Of a stretch of DNA of 64,000 bases, positions 1-8,686 are shown in pieces. Below the pieces are notes generated by a model, which was given only the letters and a program-made list of their open reading frames with translations, was not told the origin of the DNA and did not search any database. The position numbers and the translations under genes are program-made. The first letter of the stretch is position 1; each line of letters starts with the position of its first letter. The stretch is from Acidimicrobiales bacterium (GTDB lineage Bacteria; Actinomycetota; Acidimicrobiia; Acidimicrobiales; Aldehydirespiratoraceae): assembly GCA_965214285.1 (NCBI GenBank), contig OZ243946.1, positions 2,017,207 to 2,081,206 of the forward strand, read 5' to 3'.

Positions 1-1658
1 CCCGGCGTGGGGTCGAAGACGATCCAGCCCGCCTCGGCGAAGTACAGCTCTGCCCAGGCATGAGCGTGGCGGCCCTTGACCACGTACTCGCCGCGGCCGG
101 CGTCCCAGTCGCCCCAGGTGAAGCCCACCGCGACGCGGGAGGGAATGCCCAGCGAGCGGGCCATCGCCGCGAAGGCAGTGGCGAACTGCTCGCAGTAGCC
201 GCGCCTGGTGCCGAACAGGAAGTCCGAGATCGTGGCGATGTCGTGCGAGCGGGCGACAGCGAGGTCGTATGAGAAATCCGATCCAGGCCCCGCGAAGAAG
301 GCCTGCAGCGCCAAGGCCCGCTCGTAGTCCGTCGTCGCCGACTCGGTGACCTGGCGGGCCAGCGCCGTCACCCGCTCGGGCCAGCAGGCCTCGTCGTCGG
401 CGTCGGCGCACGGCGGGGGCAGCCGGGTGTGCTCGGCGGCCAGGTCGCCGTCCGCGCCCTCAGCGGCGACCGCGGGCAGCAGCGTCGGGTCGTGGCCGGG
501 CACCGCGGACTCCACCACATAGCTGAAGCCCCGCGCCGCCGCCTCGGCCGAGTCGCGGTCTACCACCAAGGCCCCAGTGGAGGCCTCGTACTCCAGCACG
601 ATCTCGCCGCTGTCGACCACGCTGTGCAGCTCGAAGGCCGCGGGCAGATAGACGTTGCCGAGCCGGCGGGTGGTGATCTCCTGGCGGACGATGCGCCGCG
701 TCGCGTTGTCATGGTCGCCTGTGGGCACCGGGCCTCTCACGTCGCGGAAGCTGCTGTGGCGCCGCCAGACGGCGCCGTCGAACTCGGTCAGGGCCATGAG
801 CCGCCAGTAGTCGCGGTCCGCGGGATCGACGCTCACCGAGAAGAGCTCGAAGTTGGACTGGTCCACCAGCATGGTGCCGATCTCGACCAGCGGGCTGAGG
901 ACCGCCCGGGCCGCGGGGCGGTCGTCGAGATCGCTCACGTCGACGATGGGCTCGCCCGCCCCGGGCACCGACGGGCCCACCACAGCCCCCAGCGTCACGG
1001 CCGTCAGCATCGTCACAGCGCCGACCGCCGCCGCGGAGGCCACGCCCCTGGCAGCCTCGTCGGCGACCCACACCTCGTCGTCTGCGCGCCGCGAGGCCCG
1101 CGCTGCGAGGATCATGGCGGCGACGGAGGCGGCGAACATCGCCCCGTATGCCACCTGGCGGTTGTCGGTGCTCAGCAGCGAGGCGAACGCGAAGACCGCG
1201 CTGGCGGGGATCAGCGTCTCAAAGACCGAGCGCAGCCGGAAGGCCGCCCAGTCCGCAACCAATGCGCCTACCGCCAGCGTCGCTGCCGCCACCGCCACCA
1301 GCCCCCGGACCGGCTCGACCGGCGCCTTCTCGGCCTGGAACAGATCCCAGGCGAGCGCCAGGTCGTCGCCGAGCAGCGAGAACGTCTCGCGCAGCCCTTC
1401 GGGGCTGAGCCCCGTCTCGGGGTACAGCAGCAGCTTGACGGCCAGCGCCGACACCGCCAGGGTCAGCGGTGCCGCCAGCCAGGTGCGCAGCCCGGCGCGG
1501 CGCGCCACGCTCGCCTCCACGTGAGCGAGCAGTGCGACCGTCAGCAGCTCGGCGAGAAAACCGCTGTCGCTGAACAGGCGCTGCACGTTGAGCACCGCCA
1601 CCACGCTGAGCGCGGCGACCGCCAGCTCCGCGGCGACGGTGCTGACCTGGCGCGTCAT
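1..1658 (-). CDS. Transglutaminase-domain membrane protein (TgpA-like); the C-terminal end runs off the window
   Basis: The minus-strand frame is open from the ATG at 1658 to the window edge. It is missing from the ORF track because there is no stop codon in the window. My translation of nt 280-1 reads ...[29 protein letters not shown]...[25 protein letters not shown], which is the Cys/His/Asp transglutaminase core. The N-terminus [25 protein letters not shown] is hydrophobic. The gene lies downstream of MoxR and DUF58, as in the common three-gene module. Confidence 0.85.
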   Translation of the reverse strand, partial: [552 protein letters not shown]

Positions 1659-1665
1659 CGGCTGC

Positions 1666-2856
1666 TCACACGGCGCTCAGGGCGGGATCGGCCCGCCGCT
1701 GTCGGGCAGCCGCGGCCCGGCGCCGGTCCCAGCAGGCGCCGAGCTGGCCCGGCCCGGTCACGTGGATCCAGTTGCCGGAGCTGTGGGGCTCAGAGGTCGC
1801 CCTCCGCCACGCCTCGGCGTCGACGGTCACGACCACATCGGCTCGCAGGCGCAGGGCGAAACTGCGGCGAGCCGCTTCGTCGGCGGCGATCCGCGGGTCA
1901 GCCGACACCGCGATCACGGTGCCATCCGCGTCGGGCACCGACGGGTGGATCTGCTCGGCACCGCCTGCCAGCAACGCCAGGAACTCCAACGCCACGTCCA
2001 GCCGGCCGGCACCGCTGACGGCGGGCGTGCCGCGGCCGTCGCCGGCCTGCACCCGCACCGCGTGGCTCTCGGCGAGCCCCGCAGCCGCGATCGAAGCGGC
2101 CATCGAGGTCGTGATGTCGAGAACCCGGCGCTGATCGCCCGGCGGGCGGGTGTCGATGACGACCGAGAGCCGCCCGTGGTGCGGCGGGCGGAACTGGCGT
2201 ACCTGCAGGTCGTCCATGCGCGCCGAGCTGCGCCAGTGGATCTTGCGCAGGTCGTCGCCGGGCACGTACTCGCGCAGGCCGTCGAACTCCTCGTCGCTCA
2301 TGCCCAGCGACGGGCGCAGCTCGGGGCCCTGGAACGGGTCGGCTCCCGCGGGCAGCCCTCTCAGGCGCAGCGCTTCGACAGGGGGGTGCACCAGCAGGCG
2401 GGCACGGTTCTCGATGCGATGCTTGCGCCGGACCAGGCCCACGGCATCGACGTCGTCGATACGGACCGGCCCGAGCGCGATCACGCCGCGCCGGGCCGTG
2501 GGCAGGCGGTATGCGGCTCGGGCGCTTGCGCGTCCGCCGATCGGCGCCAACGACAGCGTCACGCCGCCGGACTCGCTCACTGCGTCGTGGAGGACCAGCA
2601 GCGGGCTGGCGGTCGTCGCGAGGTTGCGGACCACCAGCTCGACCGCCGCCGAGTCGCCGGCGGCAACCCTCGGCGGCGCCAGGCGACGCGAGACCGACAG
2701 CCGCGACGGCCGCAGCAGGCGCACCAGCACGGCCATCGCCATGGCGGCCAACCCGGCCACGCCGACCACGAGGAACTCGACCGTCCCGAAGATGCGCCCG
2801 GCTGCGACGAAGACCATCCCGCCGGTCAGGACACCCCAGCCGCTGAGCGTCGGCAC
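1666..2856 (-). CDS. DUF58 (vWA-like) protein, partner of the MoxR ATPase
   Basis: 396-aa ORF with an N-terminal TM segment and the DUF58 signature ...EFDGLREYVPGDDLRKIHWRSSARMDDLQVRQF... It lies directly downstream of MoxR. Confidence 0.85.
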   Translation of the reverse strand: MPTLSGWGVLTGGMVFVAAGRIFGTVEFLVVGVAGLAAMAMAVLVRLLRPSRLSVSRRLAPPRVAAGDSAAVELVVRNLATTASPLLVLHDAVSESGGVTLSLAPIGGRASARAAYRLPTARRGVIALGPVRIDDVDAVGLVRRKHRIENRARLLVHPPVEALRLRGLPAGADPFQGPELRPSLGMSDEEFDGLREYVPGDDLRKIHWRSSARMDDLQVRQFRPPHHGRLSVVIDTRPPGDQRRVLDITTSMAASIAAAGLAESHAVRVQAGDGRGTPAVSGAGRLDVALEFLALLAGGAEQIHPSVPDADGTVIAVSADPRIAADEAARRSFALRLRADVVVTVDAEAWRRATSEPHSSGNWIHVTGPGQLGACWDRRRAAAARQRRADPALSAV

Positions 2857-2860
2857 CGCC

Positions 2861-3865
2861 TCAGCGCCCGCCGGGACGGGGAACCGGGACGCCGTCGATG
2901 ATCTCGGTGACTATGTCGTGGATGCCCAGGCCCCGCATGCGGCTCTCGGCGGTGAGCAGCAGGCGATGCGGCAGCACATACGGCGCCAGCAGCTTCACGT
3001 CGTCGGGGGTCGCGAAGAGCCGCCCCTCGGCGGACGCATTGGCCCTCACCACCCGCTGCAGGGCCACCAGGCCCCGAGGCGACAGTCCCAGGGTCAGCGC
3101 GGGGTGCCTGCGGGTGGCGTCGGCAAGGTCGAGCAGGTACTCGCGCAGCGCCGGGGCCAGATAGACGTCGGCGAGCGAGTCGGCCAGCCGGCTCACCTCG
3201 GCCGCGCTGATCACCGGATGCAGGCTGTCGACCGGCTCAGCGGTGTCGCCGTGGCTCTCCAGGATCTCGATGGCCGCAGGGCGGTCCGGGTAGCCGATGG
3301 CGATGCGCATGATGAAGCGGTCGAGCTGTGCCTCCGGCAGCGGGTAGGTGCCTTCGTGCTCGATCGGATTCTGGGTGGCGATGACCATGAACGGCGGGCC
3401 CAGCGGGTGGGTCACCCCGTCGGATGTGACCTGGCGCTCGCCCATGGCCTCCAGCAAAGCCGACTGGGTCTTGGGCGAGGCGCGGTTGATCTCGTCAGCC
3501 AGCAGGATCTGCGAGAACACCGGGCCGGGCCGGAACTCGAAGCTCCCCGAGGCCCGGTTCCAGACGCTCACGCCGGTCACGTCGGTGGGCAGCAGGTCCG
3601 GCGTGAACTGGATCCGCCCGAAGCGCCCCTCGATGCTGTGCGCAAGGGCCTTGGCGAGGCTGGTCTTGCCCACCCCGGGAACGTCCTCGACCAGCACATG
3701 CCCGTCGCTGAACAGCGCAAGGCACAGCAGGCGCACGATCTCGGACTTGCCGCGGATGGCGGTGTTGATGTTGGCGGTGAGCGCCGCGAAGCGCTCGGCG
3801 AAACCGGTCTCGCTGCTGCGGCCGTCGGGGACCGCTGCGATCGTCTGGGAGCTTGGTTGCTGCAT
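2861..3865 (-). CDS. moxR: MoxR-family AAA+ ATPase
   Basis: 334-aa ORF with Walker A ([14 protein letters not shown]), Walker B ([22 protein letters not shown]) and [22 protein letters not shown], all typical of MoxR/RavA-type ATPases. Confidence 0.92.
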   Translation of the reverse strand: MQQPSSQTIAAVPDGRSSETGFAERFAALTANINTAIRGKSEIVRLLCLALFSDGHVLVEDVPGVGKTSLAKALAHSIEGRFGRIQFTPDLLPTDVTGVSVWNRASGSFEFRPGPVFSQILLADEINRASPKTQSALLEAMGERQVTSDGVTHPLGPPFMVIATQNPIEHEGTYPLPEAQLDRFIMRIAIGYPDRPAAIEILESHGDTAEPVDSLHPVISAAEVSRLADSLADVYLAPALREYLLDLADATRRHPALTLGLSPRGLVALQRVVRANASAEGRLFATPDDVKLLAPYVLPHRLLLTAESRMRGLGIHDIVTEIIDGVPVPRPGGR

Positions 3866-3985
3866 GGCGCCTTGCGTCTCACCTGCCCGCTGGGGGTCGT
3901 CTCGTTGCTGCCGGTTGGCCCGCCCGCAAGGCTAGGGCCTTGCATGAGGCTCTGTGGCCGATTGGCCCAAGCCTAGGATCGCCCC

Positions 3986-4855
3986 ATGGGTCAGGCCCTG
4001 GCGATCGACATCGGCGGCACCAAGTGCGAGGCGGCGATCGTGAACGGCGACGGGGCGATCTGCCGGCGCGAACGCGTGGACTCGACCGGGGCCCGCGACG
4101 GCGAGGAGCTCTGGCAGCGGCTGGCGACGGCCGTGGAGCGCCTGGACCGCTCCGGCGCCGTGGTCTGCGGTGCGGGTTCGGGCGGGCCGATGCGCCGCGG
4201 GGGAGAGGCGGTCTCGCCGCTCAACATCGCCGTGTGGCGCGACTTCCCGCTGCGGGCCCGCCTGGCCGAGCTCAGCGGGCTGCCGACCTTCGTCGACAAC
4301 GACGCCAAGGCGCTGGCTCTGGCCGAGGCCTGGAAGGGCGCCGCTGTGGGCGAGGCGAACTTCATCGCCATGGTGGTGTCCACCGGCGTGGGCGGCGGGA
4401 TCGTGCTCGACGGACGCCTGCTGGAGGGCGCCGAGGGCAACGCCGGCCACATCGGGCACGTGGTGGTGGCACCCGAGGGCACCTGCCTGCCCGACCACGT
4501 GCAGGGCGTGCTCGAGGCCGAGGCGTCGGGCACCGCCATCGCCTGGCGCACCGGCCGGCCCGCCGCCTCCGCCGATGCCTGCGAGATCAGCCGGGCCGGG
4601 CGCATGGTGGGGCGCGCTGTGGGCTCGGTGGCCAACCTCTTGGACCTGCCGCTGGCGGTCGTGGCCGGATCGGTCGCCATCGGCTTCGGCGAGCCGTTCT
4701 TCGCCGCCGCCCAGGCCGAGGTCGACAGGGTGGCGGCCCTGCAGCACAGCATCGGCACCCGCATCATCGCGGCAGCCCTCGGGTCCGACGGCCCGATCGT
4801 CGGCGCAGCCGCGGTCGGCTTCCGGGGCCTCGGGCGAGACGTGGGCGTGCTGTGA
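3986..4855 (+). CDS. ROK-family sugar kinase or regulator-like protein
   Basis: 289-aa ORF with an N-terminal ATP-binding motif (LAIDIGGTKCEAAIV), DNDAKALALAE and VSTGVGGGIVLDGRLLEGAEGNAGHIGH. The usual CxCGxxGC zinc motif is degenerate (see findings). Confidence 0.85.
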   Translation: MGQALAIDIGGTKCEAAIVNGDGAICRRERVDSTGARDGEELWQRLATAVERLDRSGAVVCGAGSGGPMRRGGEAVSPLNIAVWRDFPLRARLAELSGLPTFVDNDAKALALAEAWKGAAVGEANFIAMVVSTGVGGGIVLDGRLLEGAEGNAGHIGHVVVAPEGTCLPDHVQGVLEAEASGTAIAWRTGRPAASADACEISRAGRMVGRAVGSVANLLDLPLAVVAGSVAIGFGEPFFAAAQAEVDRVAALQHSIGTRIIAAALGSDGPIVGAAAVGFRGLGRDVGVL

Positions 4856-5121
4856 GGCGCCTGCGCGCCCACGGCCGCGCCGCACTGGCCGTCGCCGGGC
4901 GGCCTCGCCTGTGGCTGACCGCATTGCGGGCAGCGGGCCGTTTCGCTCCCGACGGCTGGTGGCGCCGCTTTCCCTGGCTCCCCCTGCCGACACGCGCCCT
5001 GCTGCATTGGCGGTCCGAGACCAACTACGGCGACCCGCACAGGCCCGTCGAAGCAGCAGACCTGGTTGCCTGGCTCGACTGGTGCCGCGCCGAGCAGCGC
5101 CGGCAGCGCCGGCTGCGCTGA
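4852..5121 (+). CDS. Small hypothetical protein (89 aa), translationally coupled to the ROK gene
   Basis: The GTG at 4852 overlaps the ROK stop codon (GTGA). The frame has high third-position GC and a Trp-rich sequence, ...FAPDGWWRRFPWLPLPTRALLHWRSETNYGDPHRPVEAADLVAWLDWCRAEQ. I recognise no family. Confidence 0.4.
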   Translation: MRRLRAHGRAALAVAGRPRLWLTALRAAGRFAPDGWWRRFPWLPLPTRALLHWRSETNYGDPHRPVEAADLVAWLDWCRAEQRRQRRLR

Positions 5122-5291
5122 TCCCGCTGAGCCCGGCCGCGACGGCCTCGCAGACACCGCGGAGCCGACCGCTGAGCCGACAACGACGGCAGGCGCCCAC
5201 AGCGCTGATCGGGGGTTCGAGGACGACGGATCGCGGGGCCTGATCGCGCCAAGGGGTCCGGGAACGGGGTTTTGGGCAGTACGGTCATCAG

Positions 5292-5813
5292 ATGGCCAGG
5301 GTGCTCGTACTCAACGCGACCTATGAGCCGCTGGCCGTCGTCAGCGCTCGGCGCGCCGTGTGCCTGCTGCTGGCCGACAAGGTGAAGATGGTCGCCAACA
5401 GCGGACGCCTGGTCCGCTCCGAACGCCTCTGCCTTGACGAGCCGGCGGTGGTGCGGCTCGGACGCTACGTGTCGGTGCCCTACAACCGTCATCGGACTCC
5501 GACCCGGCGCAGCGTGTTCGTGCGCGACGACTACCGCTGCCAGTACTGCAACGAGATCGCCGAGACGCTCGACCACGTGGTTCCGCGCAGCCGAGGCGGT
5601 GCGCACAGTTGGGACAACGTGGTGGCCGCCTGCCGTGGGTGCAACGCCCGCAAGCGAGACCGCCTGCTGGCGGACACGCCGCTGCGCCTGCGCAAGCTCC
5701 CCGGCCCGCCGCCGCCCTCGGCATGGATCGAGGTGGCAGCAGGCTCGATCCCCGCTGTCTGGGCGCCGTACCTGGTCGATTACCGAGAGCTGGGCCGGCG
5801 CCGCTCGGCATGA
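5292..5813 (+). CDS. HNH endonuclease-domain protein
   Basis: 173-aa ORF carrying ...[44 protein letters not shown]..., i.e. the CxxC...H...N...CxxC HNH zinc-finger nuclease motif. Confidence 0.85.
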   Translation: MARVLVLNATYEPLAVVSARRAVCLLLADKVKMVANSGRLVRSERLCLDEPAVVRLGRYVSVPYNRHRTPTRRSVFVRDDYRCQYCNEIAETLDHVVPRSRGGAHSWDNVVAACRGCNARKRDRLLADTPLRLRKLPGPPPPSAWIEVAAGSIPAVWAPYLVDYRELGRRRSA

Positions 5814-6508
5814 CCGCGGGCTCGCCGGCGGCGCCGGAGGGCTGGCGGGTTGAAGCGCACCGCGGCTCCGCCGGCAGGCTGCATTCCCGGCCTGCGCCGA
5901 GCAGCCGCGAGCCGGCCATGTGGGTGCTCGAGGCCGAGCTGCCCGCGCTCGTGCTGGGCAGCACCAGCGACCCCAGCGCCGTCGACGCCCAGCGTGCCGC
6001 CGAGCGCGGTTTTGAGATCGTGAGGCGCCGATCGGGCGGCGGGGCCGTGCTGCTGGTCCCCGGCGAGCATCTCTGGGTCGACTTCTGGGTGCCGCGCGGC
6101 CACGTGCTCGCATCCGACGACGTGGCCCGCGGCGCATTCTGGGCAGGCGAGGCCTTTGCCGGCGCTGCTGAGACGGTCCTCGGCCGGCCGGCCACGGTGC
6201 GCCGGCAGGGGCTGGACAATGGCGACCACGGCGCCGCGGTCTGCTTCGCCGGGGCCGGGCCGGGCGAGGTGTTCGCCGGCGATCGCAAGCTGGTGGGCAT
6301 CAGCCAGCGACGCACCCGCGACTGGACCCGCATCCAGACGCTGGTGCATCAGCGCTGGCAGCCGGAGCTGCTCGTGGATCTGCTCGCCGTCGAGGGCCCC
6401 GCAGCCGAGGCGCTGAAGGCGGACCTCGCGGACACGGTCGCCACAGCCCCGCGTGAGCCGCTGCTGGCCGCGTTGGGCGAGACCCTGGCTGCCCAGGCGA
6501 TCAGCTAG
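5810..6508 (+). CDS. Lipoate/biotin protein ligase (BPL_LplA_LipB) family protein
   Basis: The ATG at 5810 overlaps the HNH stop codon (ATGA). Motifs are [25 protein letters not shown] and [15 protein letters not shown], which resemble the LplA-type RRxSGGGAV and the catalytic-Lys RKxxGxAQ motifs. Confidence 0.7.
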   Translation: MTAGSPAAPEGWRVEAHRGSAGRLHSRPAPSSREPAMWVLEAELPALVLGSTSDPSAVDAQRAAERGFEIVRRRSGGGAVLLVPGEHLWVDFWVPRGHVLASDDVARGAFWAGEAFAGAAETVLGRPATVRRQGLDNGDHGAAVCFAGAGPGEVFAGDRKLVGISQRRTRDWTRIQTLVHQRWQPELLVDLLAVEGPAAEALKADLADTVATAPREPLLAALGETLAAQAIS

Positions 6509-6566
6509 CGCCGCGGGCCGGGCTGTCCGGCCGGGCCCGGCCAACCGCCCCGGCGCAGAGATCACC

Positions 6567-6583
6567 GACGGGCGCGGCCCGTC
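6567..6583 (+). terminator. GC-rich hairpin downstream of the ligase-like gene (possible terminator without a U-tract)
   Basis: GACGGGC-GCG-GCCCGTC forms a perfect 7-bp stem with a 3-nt loop, 59 nt after the stop at 6508. There is no T-run after it. Confidence 0.3.
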
Positions 6584-6681
6584 GCTGTCGCAGAGCGAAC
6601 CCCGTTCCCGTTGCACAGCGTGAGTGATCCGCGCCCGTGACCGGCAGTTCGCGGCCCAGCGCAAACGATCCGTCGGATTAG

Positions 6682-6711
6682 TTGCATCTGTGCGGTGGGG
6701 TGGAGTACAGT
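6682..6711 (+). promoter_or_regulatory. Candidate dcw (mraZ) promoter
   Basis: TTGCAT (6682-6687), an 18-nt spacer, then TACAGT (6706-6711, fitting TANNNT). It sits in the only lower-GC stretch of the 360-nt gap upstream of mraZ. A second possible -35 element, TTGACA at 6773-6778, has no convincing -10. This is pattern-based only. Confidence 0.3.
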
Positions 6712-6746
6712 GTCATGCAGTGGAGTGAAAGGGAGTGATTCGGAGG
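6695..6746 (+). promoter_or_regulatory. 10-bp-phased direct-repeat array (putative MraZ operator)
   Basis: Boxes lie exactly 10 nt apart: GTGGGG (6695), TGGAGT (6701), degenerate TGTCAT (6711), TGGAGT (6721), GGGAGT (6731) and CGGAGG (6741). GGAGTGA is repeated at 6722 and 6732. The array sits about 125-170 nt upstream of the mraZ start. Confidence 0.5.
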
Positions 6747-6868
6747 ACCACCTAGGTCCCTCTGGGTCACCCTTGACACTCCCGGCTCGATGCATCACAT
6801 GAAGCGTCACGCCGCCACATCCGCCGGCCGGCACGGCCATTCGACGCAAGGGGACAAAGGGGGGAGAC

Positions 6869-7306
6869 ATGGCTCGGTTCCTGGGCACCTTCGAGCACAC
6901 CCTCGACCCCAAGGGCAGGCTGATCCTCCCGGCTGCGTTTCGGGCCAAGCTCGCAGACGGCGCGGTGATCACGCCTCTGGACCACTGCCTGGCGATCCTG
7001 CCCACCGACGAGTTCGATGCCATGGCCGACCGCCTCGAGCTCCAGGTGTCTGAAGGCATCGTGGATGTCAACGCCTTGCGCCACTTCGCCGGCAAGGCCG
7101 ACGAGGTGGTGCCCGACTCTCAGGGACGGGTGCGCATCCTGGCCCATCTGCGCGAGCTCGCCGGGCTGGACCGCAGCGTGATCGTCAACGGGGCGCTGCG
7201 CCGCGTCGAGGTGTGGAATCCCGAGCGCTGGAACGGCATCGCCCCGGTCGGCGCCGAGCGTCTCACTGCTGCCATCGAGAAGGGCCATGGCTTCGGTGGC
7301 CGCTGA
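6869..7306 (+). CDS. mraZ: Transcriptional regulator MraZ
   Basis: 145 aa, MARFLGTFEHTLDPKGRLILPAAFRAKL...GRVRILAHLRELAGL, which shows the duplicated SpoVT/AbrB-like MraZ repeats. The RBS GGGGGGAG precedes the ATG, and this is the first gene of the dcw cluster. Confidence 0.95.
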   Translation: MARFLGTFEHTLDPKGRLILPAAFRAKLADGAVITPLDHCLAILPTDEFDAMADRLELQVSEGIVDVNALRHFAGKADEVVPDSQGRVRILAHLRELAGLDRSVIVNGALRRVEVWNPERWNGIAPVGAERLTAAIEKGHGFGGR

Positions 7307-8240
7307 GGTCGATTTCCACGAGCCGGCGATGCTCGCCGAGGTGCTGGAGGTGTTCTCCGGCGTGCCCGACGGCTGGCTGGTCGATGCCACAGTCGGCGGC
7401 GGCGGCCACAGCGACGCCCTGCTCGACGCCCACCGAACGCTGAGCGTGCTGGGCATCGACGCCGACGACGAAGCCATAGCCGCAGCCGGCGCCCGGCTGG
7501 CCCGCCACGGCGAGCGGGTCAGGCTGTGCAGGCGCCGCTTCGACGAGATCGCCGAGGCGGTGGGGTCCTTGCCCGCCGACTCGCTGGCCGGGGCGCTGTT
7601 CGACCTCGGCGTCAGCTCGCATCAGTTAGACGCCCCGGAGCGCGGCTTCGGCTTCCGAGTCGACGGCCCCCTCGACATGCGCATGGACCGCAGCCGTGGC
7701 ACGGATGCCTCCCGGCTGGTCAACCGCGCCGAAGAGCAGTCCCTGGCCCGGATCCTGCGTGACAACGCCGACGAACAGCACGCCCGCCGCATCGCCGCGG
7801 CGATCGTGGCCGCCCGGCCCATCAACGGAACGGCCCATCTGGCCGAGGTGGTCGCCGCTGCCGTGCCCGCCAGGGCCCGCCGCCGGCGCGGCCACAGCGC
7901 CCGCAAGACCTTCCAGGCGCTGCGCATCGAGGTCAACTCCGAGCTGGCGATCCTCGGCGACGCTCTGAGCGCGGCTCTGGGGCTGCTGGCGCCGCGGGGC
8001 CGCTGCGCGGTGCTCAGCTATCACTCCGGCGAGGACCGCATCGTCAAGCGGATCTTTCGCGAGGCAGCCGGGGAGGCGCCGCGGCCCCGGCCCGACCTGC
8101 CGCCGCCGCCCGGCACGGCTGCCACGGTGCGGCTGCTCTGGCGGGGGGTGCGCACCCCGTGCCCAGCCGAGATCGCCCGCAATCCGAGGGCGTCCGCGGC
8201 GCGTCTGCGTGCCGTCGAGAAGCTCCCCGAGGATCTCTGA
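7287..8240 (+). CDS. rsmH: 16S rRNA (cytosine1402-N4)-methyltransferase RsmH
   Basis: 317 aa with FHEPAMLAEVLE, the SAM motif DATVGGGGHS, DLGVSSHQLD, LSYHSGEDRIVK and NPRASAARLRA. The first 20 nt overlap mraZ. Confidence 0.95.
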   Translation: MASVAAEVDFHEPAMLAEVLEVFSGVPDGWLVDATVGGGGHSDALLDAHRTLSVLGIDADDEAIAAAGARLARHGERVRLCRRRFDEIAEAVGSLPADSLAGALFDLGVSSHQLDAPERGFGFRVDGPLDMRMDRSRGTDASRLVNRAEEQSLARILRDNADEQHARRIAAAIVAARPINGTAHLAEVVAAAVPARARRRRGHSARKTFQALRIEVNSELAILGDALSAALGLLAPRGRCAVLSYHSGEDRIVKRIFREAAGEAPRPRPDLPPPPGTAATVRLLWRGVRTPCPAEIARNPRASAARLRAVEKLPEDL

Positions 8241-8680
8241 TGGCAGGCGCCAACCCTTCGGGTGGGGCTTCGCGGCCTTCGCTGCGTCAGGCCCCGCGCC
8301 CCGTGGCGGGCCGCTCGCATCTCCGGGTCGTCGGCGACGCCGAGCGCCTGGCCAAGCCTCGCTGGCGCAGCATCGCCACGCTGCTCGTGGTGTCCACCCT
8401 GATCGTCATGGGCACTCTGGGGATCCTGGCCGCCCTGCACGCCCTTCAGGTGGAGGTGCAGGTGCAGATCGACAGCACCCGCTCCGAGATCGTCGAGCTC
8501 GAGACCCAGCTCAACAGGAGCCTGACGTCGCTGGCCGAGATCGACTCGCCCCAGGGACTCGCGGAGGCCGCCCAGGCTCAGGGCCTGGTCGAGCCCGCAG
8601 ACCTGGTGATGCTGCCGCAGGCCCCCGAGGGCATGCTCGATCCCCCAATCGGGGCCGACCCCTTCGCCGGAGCTGGGTAG
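8240..8680 (+). CDS. ftsL: FtsL-like septation membrane protein
   Basis: The ATG at 8240 overlaps the rsmH stop codon (TGATG). The 146-aa product has a basic N-tail, one TM helix (IATLLVVSTLIVMGTLGILAAL) and a coiled-coil-like segment (QVEVQVQIDSTRSEIVELETQLNRSL). The call rests on position and architecture, not sequence identity. Confidence 0.7.
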   Translation: MAGANPSGGASRPSLRQAPRPVAGRSHLRVVGDAERLAKPRWRSIATLLVVSTLIVMGTLGILAALHALQVEVQVQIDSTRSEIVELETQLNRSLTSLAEIDSPQGLAEAAQAQGLVEPADLVMLPQAPEGMLDPPIGADPFAGAG

Positions 8681-8686
8681 GCGAGG

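Noticed and set aside
5292-5813. The HNH endonuclease, considered as a marker of a mobile element or homing-endonuclease insertion
   Set aside because: It has no flanking repeats, integrase or intein/intron context. It is translationally coupled (ATGA) to the downstream ligase-like gene and shares the local GC content. It looks like a resident small HNH protein.
6773-6801. A perfect TTGACA hexamer, considered as the mraZ -35 element
   Set aside because: No acceptable -10 hexamer follows at 16-18 nt (only CACATG or TCACAT). I consider the TTGCAT-N18-TACAGT pair at 6682-6711 the better, though still unproven, candidate.
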